NCBI GenBank assembly: GCA_963805625.1
Contig: CAWDVE010000021.1
Coordinates: forward strand, 192,001-256,000
Direction of reading: 5' to 3'
Length of the DNA stretch: 64,000 nucleotides
Source: an uncultured Candidatus Rokubacteria bacterium
GTDB lineage: Bacteria; Methylomirabilota; Methylomirabilia; Rokubacteriales; DASRDR01
Under the pieces are notes generated by a model. That model searched no databases. It was not told where the DNA came from and saw nothing but the letters and a program-made list of their open reading frames with translations. The position numbers and the translations under genes were made by a program. Below are positions 20,905-31,587 of the stretch, in pieces. How positions within the stretch are numbered: position 1 is the first letter of the stretch; each line of letters begins with the position of its first letter.

Positions 20905-20999
20905 CGCCCGAGGTCTGCTGCTCGGCCACTTGGGTTCGGCGGCGCCGGGCTGTTGCTGTCACGCAACCTCGAACCCCATGCCGCGTTTCACCTCGGGCG
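20905..20999. repeat. Nested inverted repeats in the glmU-glmS spacer
   Basis: CGCCCGAGGT (20905-14)/ACCTCGGGCG (20990-99); GGGTTCG (20932-38)/CGAACCC (20970-76); GTTGC (20952-56)/GCAAC (20963-67). Confidence 0.7.
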
Positions 21000-21036
21000 C
21001 TCGGGCGCGCGCCGTCCAGCTGCCTCCCTGAACCGG

Positions 21037-22503
21037 TCAGGGCACCGGGTCGACCCGACTGTTCTCCACTCCGGGACGACCCCGGCGCCGCGCCGTCCAG
21101 CCCTCCTTGACGTCCTGCGGCGCCCGCTCGACCGCCAGGGCTCCGGGGGGCACGTCCCGGGTGATCACGGACCCCGCGCCCACGTACGCGTCGTCTCCGA
21201 TCGTGAGCGGAGCCACCAGGCTCGCGTTCGTCCCGACGAACGCGCGCGCGCCGATCCGCGTCTGGTGCTTCCGCATGCCGTCGTAGTTGCAAGTGACGGC
21301 GCCGGCGCCGATGTTGGCACCCTCGCCCACCGTGGCGTCGCCGATGTAGCCGACGTGGTGCGCCTTGACCCGGCGTCCGATCGTGGCTTGCTTGATCTCG
21401 AGGAAGTTGCCGATCTCGGCTCCGGGCCCGATCCGCGCGCCTCGGCGCAGGCGGGCAAACGGGCCCAAGGTCGCGTCGTCCTCCACCCGGGCTTCATCGA
21501 GCACGCAGTAGGGGCGGAGCGTGACGCGATCCCCGAGGGCCGTGTCGGTGAGCTGGGAGCCCGTCCCGATCACGCACTCTTCCCCGATCACCGTGCGCCC
21601 GGCGAGGCGTACGCCGGGATGGAGCACGGTGTCGCGGCCGACGGTCACGGCCGTGTCGACGTACGTCGCCGCCGGATCGACCACCGTGACCCCGGCGGCC
21701 ATGAGCGCGTCGAGGGTGCGCGAGCGCAGGAGCCCCTCGAGCGCCGCGAGCTGCCGGCGGTCGTTGACGCCAGCGACCTCGCGCGGGTCCGTCACGCGCA
21801 CGGCCTCGATCCGGCTCCCGCGCCGCGCCAGCTGGCCGATCACGTCCGTCAGGTACACCTCGCCCTGTACGTTGGCAGGCGCGGGCCGGGCGACGGCCTC
21901 GAGAGCCGGCCATAGTCGGCGCGGGTCGAAGCAGTAGATCCCCGAGTTGCACTCGCGGCCGCGCCGCTCGGCCGGCGTCGCGTCGCGCTCCTCGACGATG
22001 GCGCGGACACGGCCGTCCCGGCCTCGGCGGACGCGCCCGTAGCCGCTGGGATCGGTCGGCACGAACGTCAGGAGGGTGGCGGCCGCGCGCGCCGCCCGAT
22101 GGCGCGCGAGAAGCGCAGCGAGGGTCGCCCTGTCGAGAAGCGGCACGTCACCGTAGAGGAGCAGGAGCTCGGTGGCCGTGTCCGGCACCTCGGGCCGCGC
22201 CCGACGGAGGGCGTCTCCCGTGCCCCGGGGCTCCGGCTGCTCCACGAAGCGCGCCCCGAGGTCGGCGAGCGCCGCTCGTACGGTGTCGGCCCCGGGGGCC
22301 ACGACGACCACCGTCCCCGCCGTCCCGGCCTCCCGCACGAGCGCGACCGGATAGCGGACCAGCGGCTGTCCTCCCAGCAGATGGAGGATCTTGGGCCGAC
22401 CCGACCGCATGCGCTTGCCCTCGCCCGCGGCGAGGATCACGGCCCAGGTCTCGCGCGGGATGGGGCGGCTTCGGGAGCGGCCCATCCCGGCCGGCCTAGA
22501 CAC
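21037..22503 (-). CDS. glmU: Bifunctional UDP-GlcNAc pyrophosphorylase / GlcN-1-P acetyltransferase
   Basis: ILAAGEGKRMRS..PK, LYGDVPL, GEVYLTD, hexapeptide repeats, NIGAGAVTCNYDG; start may be 22485. Confidence 0.96.
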   Translation of the reverse strand: MSRPAGMGRSRSRPIPRETWAVILAAGEGKRMRSGRPKILHLLGGQPLVRYPVALVREAGTAGTVVVVAPGADTVRAALADLGARFVEQPEPRGTGDALRRARPEVPDTATELLLLYGDVPLLDRATLAALLARHRAARAAATLLTFVPTDPSGYGRVRRGRDGRVRAIVEERDATPAERRGRECNSGIYCFDPRRLWPALEAVARPAPANVQGEVYLTDVIGQLARRGSRIEAVRVTDPREVAGVNDRRQLAALEGLLRSRTLDALMAAGVTVVDPAATYVDTAVTVGRDTVLHPGVRLAGRTVIGEECVIGTGSQLTDTALGDRVTLRPYCVLDEARVEDDATLGPFARLRRGARIGPGAEIGNFLEIKQATIGRRVKAHHVGYIGDATVGEGANIGAGAVTCNYDGMRKHQTRIGARAFVGTNASLVAPLTIGDDAYVGAGSVITRDVPPGALAVERAPQDVKEGWTARRRGRPGVENSRVDPVP

Positions 22504-23512
22504 GGGCCGTCACCGGCCGCCGGGCGGGGCCGCCGCGCCGGATGAGCCGCGCGAGGACGCGGCCGAGCTTCTCAGGGTGGTGCCGCGCCAGCTCGGTGGG
22601 CCCCGCCACATCCGCCTCGGTGAGCCAGACCCCGAGGGCGCGCACACGCTCCCGATCGATCGTGAGGGGGCTCGCTCCCGCCCGCGCGTAGCGAGCCACC
22701 ACGTCCGGTGGAAACGGGCGCCCGTGCACCACGATGCCGTCGATGACCCCCCGCCCGCCGTGGGCGTACATCGCCTCCAGGTGATCCCCGAGCGACATCC
22801 GATCCGTCTCGCCGGGCTCCGTCATCAGGTTCGCCACGCAGATCTTGAGCGCCGCCGCCGCCCGCAGCGCGTCGGCGACCCCCCCGACCAGGAGGTTCGG
22901 GATCAGGCTCGTGTAGAGCGAGCCCGGCGCCAGGACCACCACGTGCGCGTGGGCGATGGCCTCGAACACCTCCGGCAGCGCCCTGACATCGCCGGGCTCG
23001 AGGAAAACGCGCTGGATGGGCACGCCCTGCCGCGTGATGTTCGACTCCCCCAGGACACGTGTGCCGTCGGCCAGCTCGGCCCCGAGCCGCACGGCGGTGA
23101 GCGTCGAGGGCAGGATGGTCCCGCGCACGGCCAGCACCTTGCCGGAGATGCGAATCGCGTGCAGGAAGTTGCCCGTGACCTGAGTGAGGGCGGCGAGGAA
23201 GAGGTTCCCGAAGCTGTGGCCGGCGAGCTGCCCCTCGCCCGGGAACCGGAACTGGAAGAGCTCCGCCATCAGGGGCTCGACCTCCGCCAGGGCGACGAGG
23301 CAGTTGCGGATGTCGCCCGGGGGAAGCACCTGGAGCTCCTCGCGCAGACGACCGGAGCTGCCCCCGTCGTCGGTCACGGTGACCACGGCCGTCAGGGCGG
23401 CGACGCGTCCGCCGAGGTAGCGCTTCAACGCCGTGAGGATCACCGGGAGGCCCGTGCCGCCGCCAATCGCGACGACCCGGCGCCCACCATTGTGTCGCCC
23501 GCGCGCAGCCAT
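22496..23512 (-). CDS. yvcK: YvcK/GlmR (UPF0052) UDP-GlcNAc-binding protein
   Basis: IGGGTGL, VTVTDDGGSSGRLR, PPGDIRNCL, HSFGNL, PGSLYTSLIPNLL. Confidence 0.93.
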   Translation of the reverse strand: MAARGRHNGGRRVVAIGGGTGLPVILTALKRYLGGRVAALTAVVTVTDDGGSSGRLREELQVLPPGDIRNCLVALAEVEPLMAELFQFRFPGEGQLAGHSFGNLFLAALTQVTGNFLHAIRISGKVLAVRGTILPSTLTAVRLGAELADGTRVLGESNITRQGVPIQRVFLEPGDVRALPEVFEAIAHAHVVVLAPGSLYTSLIPNLLVGGVADALRAAAALKICVANLMTEPGETDRMSLGDHLEAMYAHGGRGVIDGIVVHGRPFPPDVVARYARAGASPLTIDRERVRALGVWLTEADVAGPTELARHHPEKLGRVLARLIRRGGPARRPVTARV

Positions 23513-23521
23513 GTCTCGATC

Positions 23522-24568
23522 TTAGCGCACGCGGGTCCGCGGGCCCTCGGTCCACGGCAGCTCGCGAAGCCACGTCAGGAGTGCGGCGAATGCCGGCGGG
23601 GGCGGCGCCTCGAAGCGGAGCCACGCCCCGCTGGCGGGATGGGTGAACCCGAGGACTGCCGCGTGGAGCGCCTGGCCGCCGAGCCCGCCCACGTGCGCCG
23701 CAAGCTCGGGGTCGAGCGGCGCCGTCCCGCGCCGCCGATAGGTGCGGTCGCCGACGACGGGGGCTCCCAGATGGGCGAGGTGCACGCGGATCTGGTGTGT
23801 GCGCCCCGTCCCAAGGGTGGCCTCGACCAGCGTCAGCGGGGCCGGACGCACGAACCGGTCGACGACTCGATAGCGCGTGAGCGCCGGCCGGCCCGCCCCG
23901 GCCGGGCGCACGGCCATCCGGAGCCGGTCGCGTGGATCCCGTCCGATGGCGGTCTCGACCACGCCCGCCGCGTGCGGGAGCCGCCCGTGAACCAGCGCCA
24001 GGTAGCGCCGCTCGACAGTCCGCGCCTTGAGCTGGCGGGCGAGCGCCAGATGCGCGTGATCGTTCTTGGCGACCGCGAGGAGTCCGGAGGTGCCCCGGTC
24101 CAGCCGGTGGACGATGCCGGGGCGCCGCGCCCCCCCGATGCCGGAGAGCCCCGGGCCGCAATGGGCGAGCAGCGCGTGGACGAGGGTCCCCGTCCGATGT
24201 CCCGCGCCGGGGTGCACGACGAGCCCCACCGGCTTGTTTACCACCAGGAGGTCGGCGTCCTCGTAGACGACGGAGAGCGGGATGGGCTCGGGCGTGAGCG
24301 CCACGGGCTCGGGAGGCGGGACCTCGACGGTGACCCGCGCGCCCGCACGCAGCCGGTGACTTGCCTTGGCGTGGCCGTCGGTCACCAGAACCCGCCCGGT
24401 CGCGATCAGCGCCTGGAGGCGTGTGCGCGAGAGATCGGGCGCGCGCACCTGGAGAAAGTGATCGAGCCGGGTCCCTGCAGCCCCGGGCTCGACGACGAAG
24501 CTCCGGGGCGCCGGGGCGCCGGAAGCCGCGCCAGGCTCAGGCGTCGGGGGGGGTCCGCCGCGGGACAT
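23522..24568 (-). CDS. rluD: RluA-family pseudouridine synthase with S4 domain
   Basis: RLDHFL S4 domain, VVNKPVGLVVHP, GIVHRLDRGTSGL, TGRTHQIRVH; follows lspA. Confidence 0.92.
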   Translation of the reverse strand: MSRGGPPPTPEPGAASGAPAPRSFVVEPGAAGTRLDHFLQVRAPDLSRTRLQALIATGRVLVTDGHAKASHRLRAGARVTVEVPPPEPVALTPEPIPLSVVYEDADLLVVNKPVGLVVHPGAGHRTGTLVHALLAHCGPGLSGIGGARRPGIVHRLDRGTSGLLAVAKNDHAHLALARQLKARTVERRYLALVHGRLPHAAGVVETAIGRDPRDRLRMAVRPAGAGRPALTRYRVVDRFVRPAPLTLVEATLGTGRTHQIRVHLAHLGAPVVGDRTYRRRGTAPLDPELAAHVGGLGGQALHAAVLGFTHPASGAWLRFEAPPPPAFAALLTWLRELPWTEGPRTRVR

Positions 24569-25031
24569 CGTCCCGCCCGAACGCCAGCTCGGCGGCCAGG
24601 AGTGACACGCCCACGGTGATCGCCGAGTCGGCCACATTGAATGCCGGCCAGTGGTAGCTGCGCCAGAAGACGTCGAGGAAGTCCACTACCGCCCCGAACC
24701 GCCAGCGATCGAGAAGATTGCCGGCCGCGCCGCCGAACACGAGCCCGATGGCCAGGCGCGCCACGATGCTCCCGCGCGGCAGGATGCGGAACGCGAGGGA
24801 GCCAAGCAGTGCCAGCGCGGTCAGCGAGAACAAGCTGACGATCCAGCGCCACCCGGGCGGCACGCCCGCAAAGATGCCGAAGGCGACGCCCGGGTTCATG
24901 ACAAGCACGAGGTGGAAGAAGTCCGGAATGACCACGACCGGGTGGGTCGCGTCCAGGCGCGCGAGCGCCCACTTCTTGGTCAGCTGGTCCGCGACGAACA
25001 CCGCCGTCGCGATTCCCAGCACGAGCACCAT
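24537..25031 (-). CDS. lspA: Lipoprotein signal peptidase
   Basis: DQLTK, NPGVAFG, GAAGNLLDR, VVDFLD, WPAFNVADSAI; directly after ileS. Confidence 0.96.
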   Translation of the reverse strand: MVLVLGIATAVFVADQLTKKWALARLDATHPVVVIPDFFHLVLVMNPGVAFGIFAGVPPGWRWIVSLFSLTALALLGSLAFRILPRGSIVARLAIGLVFGGAAGNLLDRWRFGAVVDFLDVFWRSYHWPAFNVADSAITVGVSLLAAELAFGRDDVPRRTPPDA

Positions 25032-27889
25032 CAGACCGTGCCCGCGCGGATGATCGGCAGACAGCGCTCGCAGAGCGCCGGGTGCTCCGGGTTCTGGCCG
25101 ACGGCGGGACTCCACGTCCAGCAGCGGCCGCACTTCTTGCCGTCCGCGTGTCGAACCTCGACCGCGAGGCCCGGGAGCGCGGTCTCGCGCAGCACGACGC
25201 GATCCGGTCCCGTCGCGAGCCCGGCGGGCGGTCCGCCCCGGACGATTTCGAGCTGCGAGACAATGAACAGCTCCCGCAGGAGCCGAACGCCCGCCTGCTC
25301 CACGAGGGCCTGGAGGCCCGGGTCGCTGACGTAGAGGGTCACCTGGGCGTCGAGCGCCGCGCCGATCAGCTTCGTGGCGCGCGCGGGCTCGAGTGCCTTC
25401 GCCGCCTCGCCGCGGACTCGGAGCAAGACCTCCCACCCCTGTTCGACGCTCTCGTCGAGCCATGACCGATCGACGGCAGGGAAGTCGGTGAGGTGGACAC
25501 TCCGCGCCTTGTCGGCCACCCGGAAATGGTCCCAGACCTCCTCGGCCGTGAACGACAGGATCGGCGCCATCAGGCGAAGGAGCGCGTCCAGGATGCGGTA
25601 GCAGGCCGTCTGGGCCGCACGGCGCTCCGGGGCGTTCGCCGCCGAGGTGTAGAGCCGGTCCTTCAGGACGTCGAGATAGAGCGCCGAGAGGTCCACCGCA
25701 CAGAAGTTGTGGAGGCTCTGGAACGCGAGGTGGAACTCGTACGTCTCGTACGCCTTCCGTACCCGCTCGATCGTCCGGTGGAGCCGCAGCATGGCCCAGC
25801 CGTCCAGGCCCGTGAGCGCGGCATCCGGGACCGCGGCCGCCGAAGGGTCGAAGTCGGCGAGGTTCCCGAGGAGGAAACGGCAGGTATTGCGAACCCGCCG
25901 GTACGCCTCCCCCAGCTGGCCGAGGATTTCGTCGGACAGCCGGATGTCCGCGGTGTAGTCCTCGCCCGCCGCCCAGAGCCGCAGGACCTCCGCCCCGTGC
26001 TTCGCGATGACGTCGCCCGGCGCCACGGTGTTCCCGATGGACTTCGACATCTTGCGCCCGGCGCCGTCGACCACGAACCCGTGGGTGAGAACGGCGCGGT
26101 ACGGCGGACGCCCGCGGGTGCCCACGGCTTCGAGCAGGGAGGAGTGGAACCACCCGCGGTGCTGGTCCGAGCCCTCCAGGTACATGTCCGCCGGCCAGCG
26201 CAGCTGGGGGTGCTTTTCCAGGACGGCCGCATGGCTGCATCCGGAATCGAACCAGACGTCGAGGATGTCAGTCTCCTTCCGGAACGCACGGCCGCCGCAC
26301 TTCCCGCACGCGGTCCCGGCGGGGAGCAGCTCCGAGGCCGAGCGGAGGTACCACTCGTCGGCGCCCTCGCCAGCTTCCATCCGGGCGGCGACGTGCTCGA
26401 CGATCGGCTCCTCGAGGAGCGTCGTGCCGCAGGCCTCGCAGTAGAACGCCACGATCGGGACGCCCCACACGCGCTGGCGCGAGATCGTCCAGTCGGGTCG
26501 GTGGGCGATCATGTTCGTGATGCGCTCCTCGCCCCACGGCGGGATCCACTCGACGGTCGGGAGGGCGGCGAGCGCCTGCTCACGCAGGGTCCCAGCATCC
26601 CCTCCTCGCGGCACCTGGTCCAGCGTGATGAACCACTGCTCGGTGGCCCGGAAGAGCGTCGGGTTCTTGCAGCGCCAGCAGTGGGGATACGTGTGGGTGA
26701 GGGGCACCTCGGCGACCAGCGCCCCCCGTTCCTTCAGGAGCGCGATGATCCGCGGGTTCGCGTCCCAGACCGTGAGCCCGGCGAAGTGGGTGACCTCAGG
26801 GATGAAGCGCCCGTCGTCGTCGACCGGGTTGTAGATCGGCAGCCCGAGCGACCGTCCGAGCTCGTAATCCTCCTCGCCATGGCCCGGGGCGATGTGGACC
26901 AGGCCGGTCCCCGCGTCCATCGCAACGAACGAGGCCGCCGCGATCCGGCCGGTGCGCTCGATCCAGGGGTGCCGGTACTCGAGCCCCGCGAGCTCGGTCC
27001 CCTCGAAGGTCCGGAGGCGGCGCGCGGACGTGAGCCGAGCCACCCGGACGACCTGGTCGGCGAGGCCCGCGGCCACGATGAGGGTCTCGTCACCCGTGTC
27101 GAGGGCCACGTACTTCTCGCTCGGGTTCACCGCGACGGCCAGGTTGGCCGGAAGGGTCCAGGGGGTCGTCGTCCAGATCACGACCGACTGGCGCGGGGCG
27201 CCGGCGAGCCCGGGCGCGGGCGCCACGAGCGGGAACTTCACGTAGACCGACGGGGTCTCCTGCTCCTCGTACTCCACCTCCGCCTGGGCGAGCGCCGTCT
27301 TGCAGTGCATGCACCAGTTGACGGGCTTCAGCCCCTTGTAGACGAGACCCCGGCCGACGAAGCGTCCGAACTCGCGAACGATGGTCGCCTGGTACGCGGG
27401 CGCCATCGTCAGGTACGGGTGCGCCCAATCGCCGAAGATCCCGAGCCGCTGGAACTCCCCGCGCTGGATGTCGATGAACCGGAGCGCGTAGGCGCGGCAG
27501 CGCCGGCGCTTCTCGGCCGGATCCATGGCGCGGCGCACATCGCTGCCGGCCTTGTCGAGCCCGAGCTCCTTGTCGACCTGATGCTCGATGGGCAATCCGT
27601 GGCAATCCCACCCGGGCACGTAGACGGCATCGTGGCCGAGCATCGTCCGGGACTTGACCACGATGTCCTTGAGGACCTTGTTGAGCGCGGTCCCCATGTG
27701 GATGTGCCCGTTCGCGTAGGGCGGGCCATCGTGGAGAATCCAGCGCGGGCGGCCTCGCCCGCGGGCGCGAAGCTCCCCGTAGAGGTCGTCGGCGTCCCAG
27801 CGGCGGAGGAACTCCGGCTCCCGCTGGGGCAAGTTCGCCCGCATGGGGAAGTCGGTCCGGGGAAGGTGGAGGGTCGTCTTGTAGTCCAT
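25031..27889 (-). CDS. ileS: Isoleucine--tRNA ligase (type 1)
   Basis: [39 protein letters not shown]-terminal CGRCW...CERC zinc finger. Confidence 0.98.
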   Translation of the reverse strand: MDYKTTLHLPRTDFPMRANLPQREPEFLRRWDADDLYGELRARGRGRPRWILHDGPPYANGHIHMGTALNKVLKDIVVKSRTMLGHDAVYVPGWDCHGLPIEHQVDKELGLDKAGSDVRRAMDPAEKRRRCRAYALRFIDIQRGEFQRLGIFGDWAHPYLTMAPAYQATIVREFGRFVGRGLVYKGLKPVNWCMHCKTALAQAEVEYEEQETPSVYVKFPLVAPAPGLAGAPRQSVVIWTTTPWTLPANLAVAVNPSEKYVALDTGDETLIVAAGLADQVVRVARLTSARRLRTFEGTELAGLEYRHPWIERTGRIAAASFVAMDAGTGLVHIAPGHGEEDYELGRSLGLPIYNPVDDDGRFIPEVTHFAGLTVWDANPRIIALLKERGALVAEVPLTHTYPHCWRCKNPTLFRATEQWFITLDQVPRGGDAGTLREQALAALPTVEWIPPWGEERITNMIAHRPDWTISRQRVWGVPIVAFYCEACGTTLLEEPIVEHVAARMEAGEGADEWYLRSASELLPAGTACGKCGGRAFRKETDILDVWFDSGCSHAAVLEKHPQLRWPADMYLEGSDQHRGWFHSSLLEAVGTRGRPPYRAVLTHGFVVDGAGRKMSKSIGNTVAPGDVIAKHGAEVLRLWAAGEDYTADIRLSDEILGQLGEAYRRVRNTCRFLLGNLADFDPSAAAVPDAALTGLDGWAMLRLHRTIERVRKAYETYEFHLAFQSLHNFCAVDLSALYLDVLKDRLYTSAANAPERRAAQTACYRILDALLRLMAPILSFTAEEVWDHFRVADKARSVHLTDFPAVDRSWLDESVEQGWEVLLRVRGEAAKALEPARATKLIGAALDAQVTLYVSDPGLQALVEQAGVRLLRELFIVSQLEIVRGGPPAGLATGPDRVVLRETALPGLAVEVRHADGKKCGRCWTWSPAVGQNPEHPALCERCLPIIRAGTV

Positions 27890-27934
27890 GAGAGTGAAAA
27901 CTGCGCGGCAGCCGCCCGCCGCGCAGTGGACGAA

Positions 27935-27963
27935 AGCGTAGCATCCACGCGTACTTGTGTCAA
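27935..27963 (-). promoter_or_regulatory. Sigma-70 promoter for the ileS operon
   Basis: TTGACA (27963-58), 17-nt spacer ending TGC, TACGCT (27940-35). Confidence 0.65.
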
Positions 27964-28025
27964 GGAATGCGCCGTCGAACGAGAGCGCGCGCGTGGTTCT
28001 CGGGGGCGCGGCCGACGGCCGCGGC

Positions 28026-29558
28026 TCAGCCGCCCAGAGCCGCCGAACAGGCCAGCGGGGCGGGCTGGCGGGCCCGGTGCCACGCGGTCTCGTACACCGC
28101 CATCGTGGCGGCGCCGGCGACCACGTTGTGGGCGAGGGTCACCCCCGTCACCGGCCGGAACAGGTCCGCCCGCGCCGCGAGTTCGGGAAACCAGGCCGGG
28201 AAGATGACGAGGTATTCCGGGCACCGCCGGCCGAGGTAGCGGAGCAGACTAGCCTCGCCCTGCCGGCGGTACGGCAGGATCTCGGGTGTGACCAGGCCCA
28301 CCAGGTCGATCACCCGACGCTCGCCGAAGTACGCGAGCGCCCCGACGTCGTTGAGCGCGATGAGCGTGTCCGGCGGCGTGTGGGCCGCGACCCAGCGGCC
28401 GAGCTCCACCTGCATGGCGTTGATGTTCTGCACTCCCCACGCGTAGGCGGTGGCCCCGGCCGGCAGCCGCGAGGCGAGGCCGAAGAGGAGCAGGACCAGG
28501 ACCGCGCCGCGCAGACGACGAACGGAGAGCCACCCGAGAACGCGTTCCAGACCAATGAGCGCCACCACCACGGCGAGCGGCAGCAAGTGGGAGGAGTAGC
28601 GCCCGCTCTGAAAGCCGGGCCCCCGGTACGGAGCGACCAGCGCCATCGCGACGGGGTGGAGGAGCAGCGCGGCCGCCAGCCAGGAAAGGCGGCACGCGCG
28701 CCCTGCGACGAGACCCACCACCACGAGCGCCGGGAGCGCGAGATGATCGCGCGCCAGAACCGCGCCCCACTCGACGAGGAACGCGGTCCCCTGGTGCATC
28801 GCTACCGCCCAGGCGTTCGCCAGGCCCTCGGCCTGCCCGAGGAGCCCGCCCTCGACCTTGGCGGCGGCAGGCGCCGGAATGAGCCGGCCTCCCACGATGA
28901 GGTTGAAGACGACCGCCGGGGCGACGATCGCGGCGGAGACCGCGACTCGGCGGAGCGCCTCCCGCCACCGGCCGGCGCCGAGCGCGTGAAGCCCGACCAG
29001 GAGGCCCGCCTCGGGACGAGCCAGCGTCGCGAGCCCGAGCCCCGCGGCGCCCAGCCCGGCCCGATCGGCCGCGACGGCCCAAGCACCGGCCGCCACGCAG
29101 AGCGCCGCGAGCGGCACCTCCATGCCCGAGAGGGCGCCCCACACGAGACGACTCAGCACGACGACGGCGAGGCCGGCGCCCCAGGCGAGACCGGGCGGGA
29201 GTCCGGCCGCCCCTGCGAGGCGGCGCGTGACAAGCCCCGTGGCCGCCCCGCAGGCAAGGCCCAGCGCCTTCGCGGCCGCCAGGCCCGGCACTCCGACCAT
29301 GAGGAGGCCCGCGAGCGTCACACTCCAGAGCGGGGCCGTCGACGCCGCGACCGGCTCGCCCCGGTTGATGCCGAACCCGCCACCCGTCGCCAGGTTCCGC
29401 GCGAGCCGGAGGTGGATCCATCCGTCGTCGAGCGGCAGGCCCGGGGCGCCTGCGATCCGGCTTTCCGCGACGAGGAAGACGGCGACGGCTAGCGCGCCGG
29501 CGGCGAGAAGCAGGAGGTCCCACCGGTCGAGGCCCGCGGGCGACGACCGCGCGGCCAT
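28026..29558 (-). CDS. Polytopic membrane protein, probable GT-C fold glycosyltransferase
   Basis: [13 protein letters not shown] in the first loop, STAPLW, SGMEVPL, RPEA, DVGA...DLVGL periplasmic tail. Confidence 0.65.
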   Translation of the reverse strand: MAARSSPAGLDRWDLLLLAAGALAVAVFLVAESRIAGAPGLPLDDGWIHLRLARNLATGGGFGINRGEPVAASTAPLWSVTLAGLLMVGVPGLAAAKALGLACGAATGLVTRRLAGAAGLPPGLAWGAGLAVVVLSRLVWGALSGMEVPLAALCVAAGAWAVAADRAGLGAAGLGLATLARPEAGLLVGLHALGAGRWREALRRVAVSAAIVAPAVVFNLIVGGRLIPAPAAAKVEGGLLGQAEGLANAWAVAMHQGTAFLVEWGAVLARDHLALPALVVVGLVAGRACRLSWLAAALLLHPVAMALVAPYRGPGFQSGRYSSHLLPLAVVVALIGLERVLGWLSVRRLRGAVLVLLLFGLASRLPAGATAYAWGVQNINAMQVELGRWVAAHTPPDTLIALNDVGALAYFGERRVIDLVGLVTPEILPYRRQGEASLLRYLGRRCPEYLVIFPAWFPELAARADLFRPVTGVTLAHNVVAGAATMAVYETAWHRARQPAPLACSAALGG

Positions 29559-29563
29559 GCTGC

Positions 29564-31228
29564 CTACCGGAGGCGAGCGACCGCCGTCACGGGGACCAGC
29601 TCATAGCCCGCATGGTCAACCGTGCCCCGACGGACCCGCAGCACGTAGAGCGAGCGGCCGTGCGGGAGCGGACGAGCCTCGAGCGCGCCCGGCCGGGGAA
29701 GACCCGGGTGCCACTCGTCGACAACCCAGACGAGCCGGCGAGTCGTCAGGGGGAGCGGCACGCGCCACTCCGCCACGGCCGCCATGCTGCTGAGCCCCCG
29801 CGAGGCCAGATAGCCGGGACGGGCCTCACCGAGCCTGAGATGGTACGTCGTGTACTCGGGCAGGTAGTACGTGACGTGGCGGAACCAGGGATACGAGCGC
29901 GGGTTGCCGAGCTCCGTCACGAGCACGGTGTCACGCGGGTCGAACTGACTCCGGATGGCCGCCACGTAGTCGCCGATTACCGCCTCGTGCTCGCGCAGCC
30001 CGGCAGCGGTGTGGCCCCAGAGCCGGAATCGGTAGAGCGCACGGAGCTCGGACGTCACGCGGGCCCGCCACGACATGGCGGCTGCGGGGTTCGGCGCGTC
30101 CACCGGGCCCGCGGTGGTGAAGAACGCGACATGCGCCCCGAGCGTCCCGGCCAAGGCCAGGCCCGCCAGCGCGCCGCGCCACGCGGCCGGCATGCGGACC
30201 TCCTGGAACCGCTGCCAGAGCGCCACGAGGGACCGACCGACCACGAGGTAACAGGCCGGCAGTACCGTCAGGAGGTAGCCGTGCTGGCCCAGGTGCACCA
30301 CGGTATAGACCACGAGGGCTGGCAGCGTCCAGAGAGCAAAGAAGACCGCGCGGTCACTGCCCTGGACGAGGCGGACCGGTCCCCGCCAAAGCCCCCACGC
30401 CAAGACGGGCAGGAAGACGCCGACCCCGATGAGGAATGCCTCGCCCAGGCCGCCGACGTTCCGGGTCCAGCCGCCCCCGAGGAGGGTGGTCGCGCGGACC
30501 GTTGACTCGTAGAGCTCGGCGGTGGCGGTCAGATAGCGATCGACGCCGGTGAGCCACAGCATCGGCCCGAGCCAGGCCGCCGTCGTGAGCAACACGAGGC
30601 CGAGGCCGGCAAGAACGGGCCCCGGCCGTCGGAACCCGCGCCACGCCATGCCGAGCCAGAGCGGGCTCAGGACCAACAGCATCGACTGGCGCACCCCGCC
30701 CGCCAGACCGAGCAGCACGGCCGAAGAAACGAGCGCCCCCATGCTCCCCTGTCGCATCGCCCACGCGCCGACCGCAATACCCGTGGCGAGCGCGGCCTCG
30801 GCGGTATAGGAGAGGCCGACCACGCCGTACGACCAGAACAGCGGGCTCACCACGAGCCCAAGCGCGGCCAGCGTGGCGACGCCGCGGCCATAGAGATGCC
30901 ACCCGAGCTGGTAGAGCAAGAGCACCGCGAAGGCACTCGCGACAATGGCCAGACCGCCGAGGGTCGCAGCGGGGTCTCCCAGCACCACGCGGGCGAGCCG
31001 GCCGAGCGCCACGTAGAGGATGTAGCCCGGCGGGTGCGGCTGATGCCGGACCACGTCGTACCGCTCGAGGGCGAGTGCGAACTGGATCGCGTCCCAGGTC
31101 GGCAGGAGGCGCACCCGGTAGGGCCAGCGGGTTGCCAGGGTCAGGCCCGCGATGGCCAAGGCGAGTGCCCAGTCCGCCCGCGGCATCGCGACGCGAGGCC
31201 CTGGCCCGAGCCCGAACGGCGGGGTCAT
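29564..31228 (-). CDS. Polytopic membrane protein, DUF2723/PMT-like GT-C glycosyltransferase
   Basis: WDAIQFALAL...HQPHPPGYILY in the first loop, about 11 hydrophobic segments, soluble C-terminal domain. Confidence 0.65.
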   Translation of the reverse strand: MTPPFGLGPGPRVAMPRADWALALAIAGLTLATRWPYRVRLLPTWDAIQFALALERYDVVRHQPHPPGYILYVALGRLARVVLGDPAATLGGLAIVASAFAVLLLYQLGWHLYGRGVATLAALGLVVSPLFWSYGVVGLSYTAEAALATGIAVGAWAMRQGSMGALVSSAVLLGLAGGVRQSMLLVLSPLWLGMAWRGFRRPGPVLAGLGLVLLTTAAWLGPMLWLTGVDRYLTATAELYESTVRATTLLGGGWTRNVGGLGEAFLIGVGVFLPVLAWGLWRGPVRLVQGSDRAVFFALWTLPALVVYTVVHLGQHGYLLTVLPACYLVVGRSLVALWQRFQEVRMPAAWRGALAGLALAGTLGAHVAFFTTAGPVDAPNPAAAMSWRARVTSELRALYRFRLWGHTAAGLREHEAVIGDYVAAIRSQFDPRDTVLVTELGNPRSYPWFRHVTYYLPEYTTYHLRLGEARPGYLASRGLSSMAAVAEWRVPLPLTTRRLVWVVDEWHPGLPRPGALEARPLPHGRSLYVLRVRRGTVDHAGYELVPVTAVARLR

Positions 31229-31297
31229 GCGGGTGACGGTCAGCGTGATAGCGGGACCGTGAAGCGGGAGGGACGGGACGGGCGCGTCAGGCGGAGC

Positions 31298-31480
31298 TCA
31301 GGCGCCCTTCTTCTCCTCGTGGGGCTTCTCGGCCTTGGCCTCGTCCTCGCTCTGCCCCTTCTTGAACTCAGACATGCTCTTCCCGAGACCCCGCGCCAGC
31401 TCGGGCAGCTTCTGCGCCCCGAACAGGAGCAGGACGATGACGAGGATGATCATCAGTTCCTGGTAACCCAGACCGAACAT
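31298..31480 (-). CDS. tatA: Twin-arginine translocase TatA/TatE
   Basis: [35 protein letters not shown]; GGAGG RBS; TTGACA-16-TAAGGT at 31536-31509. Confidence 0.95.
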   Translation of the reverse strand: MFGLGYQELMIILVIVLLLFGAQKLPELARGLGKSMSEFKKGQSEDEAKAEKPHEEKKGA

Positions 31481-31587
31481 GCGAGCCCTCCGCCGTGAAG
31501 TGTGCCATACCTTACGCCGTTTCAGCGGCCTGTCAATCAGCGCGGACCCCCACCGGCAGGATGACTCCCAGCAGGAGCCCGAAGCCG

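Noticed and set aside
20811-21036. Canonical glmS ribozyme
   Set aside because: Only AGCGCC is present; the GACGAGG and ATCGAG/CGGCGG core elements are not found in the required order
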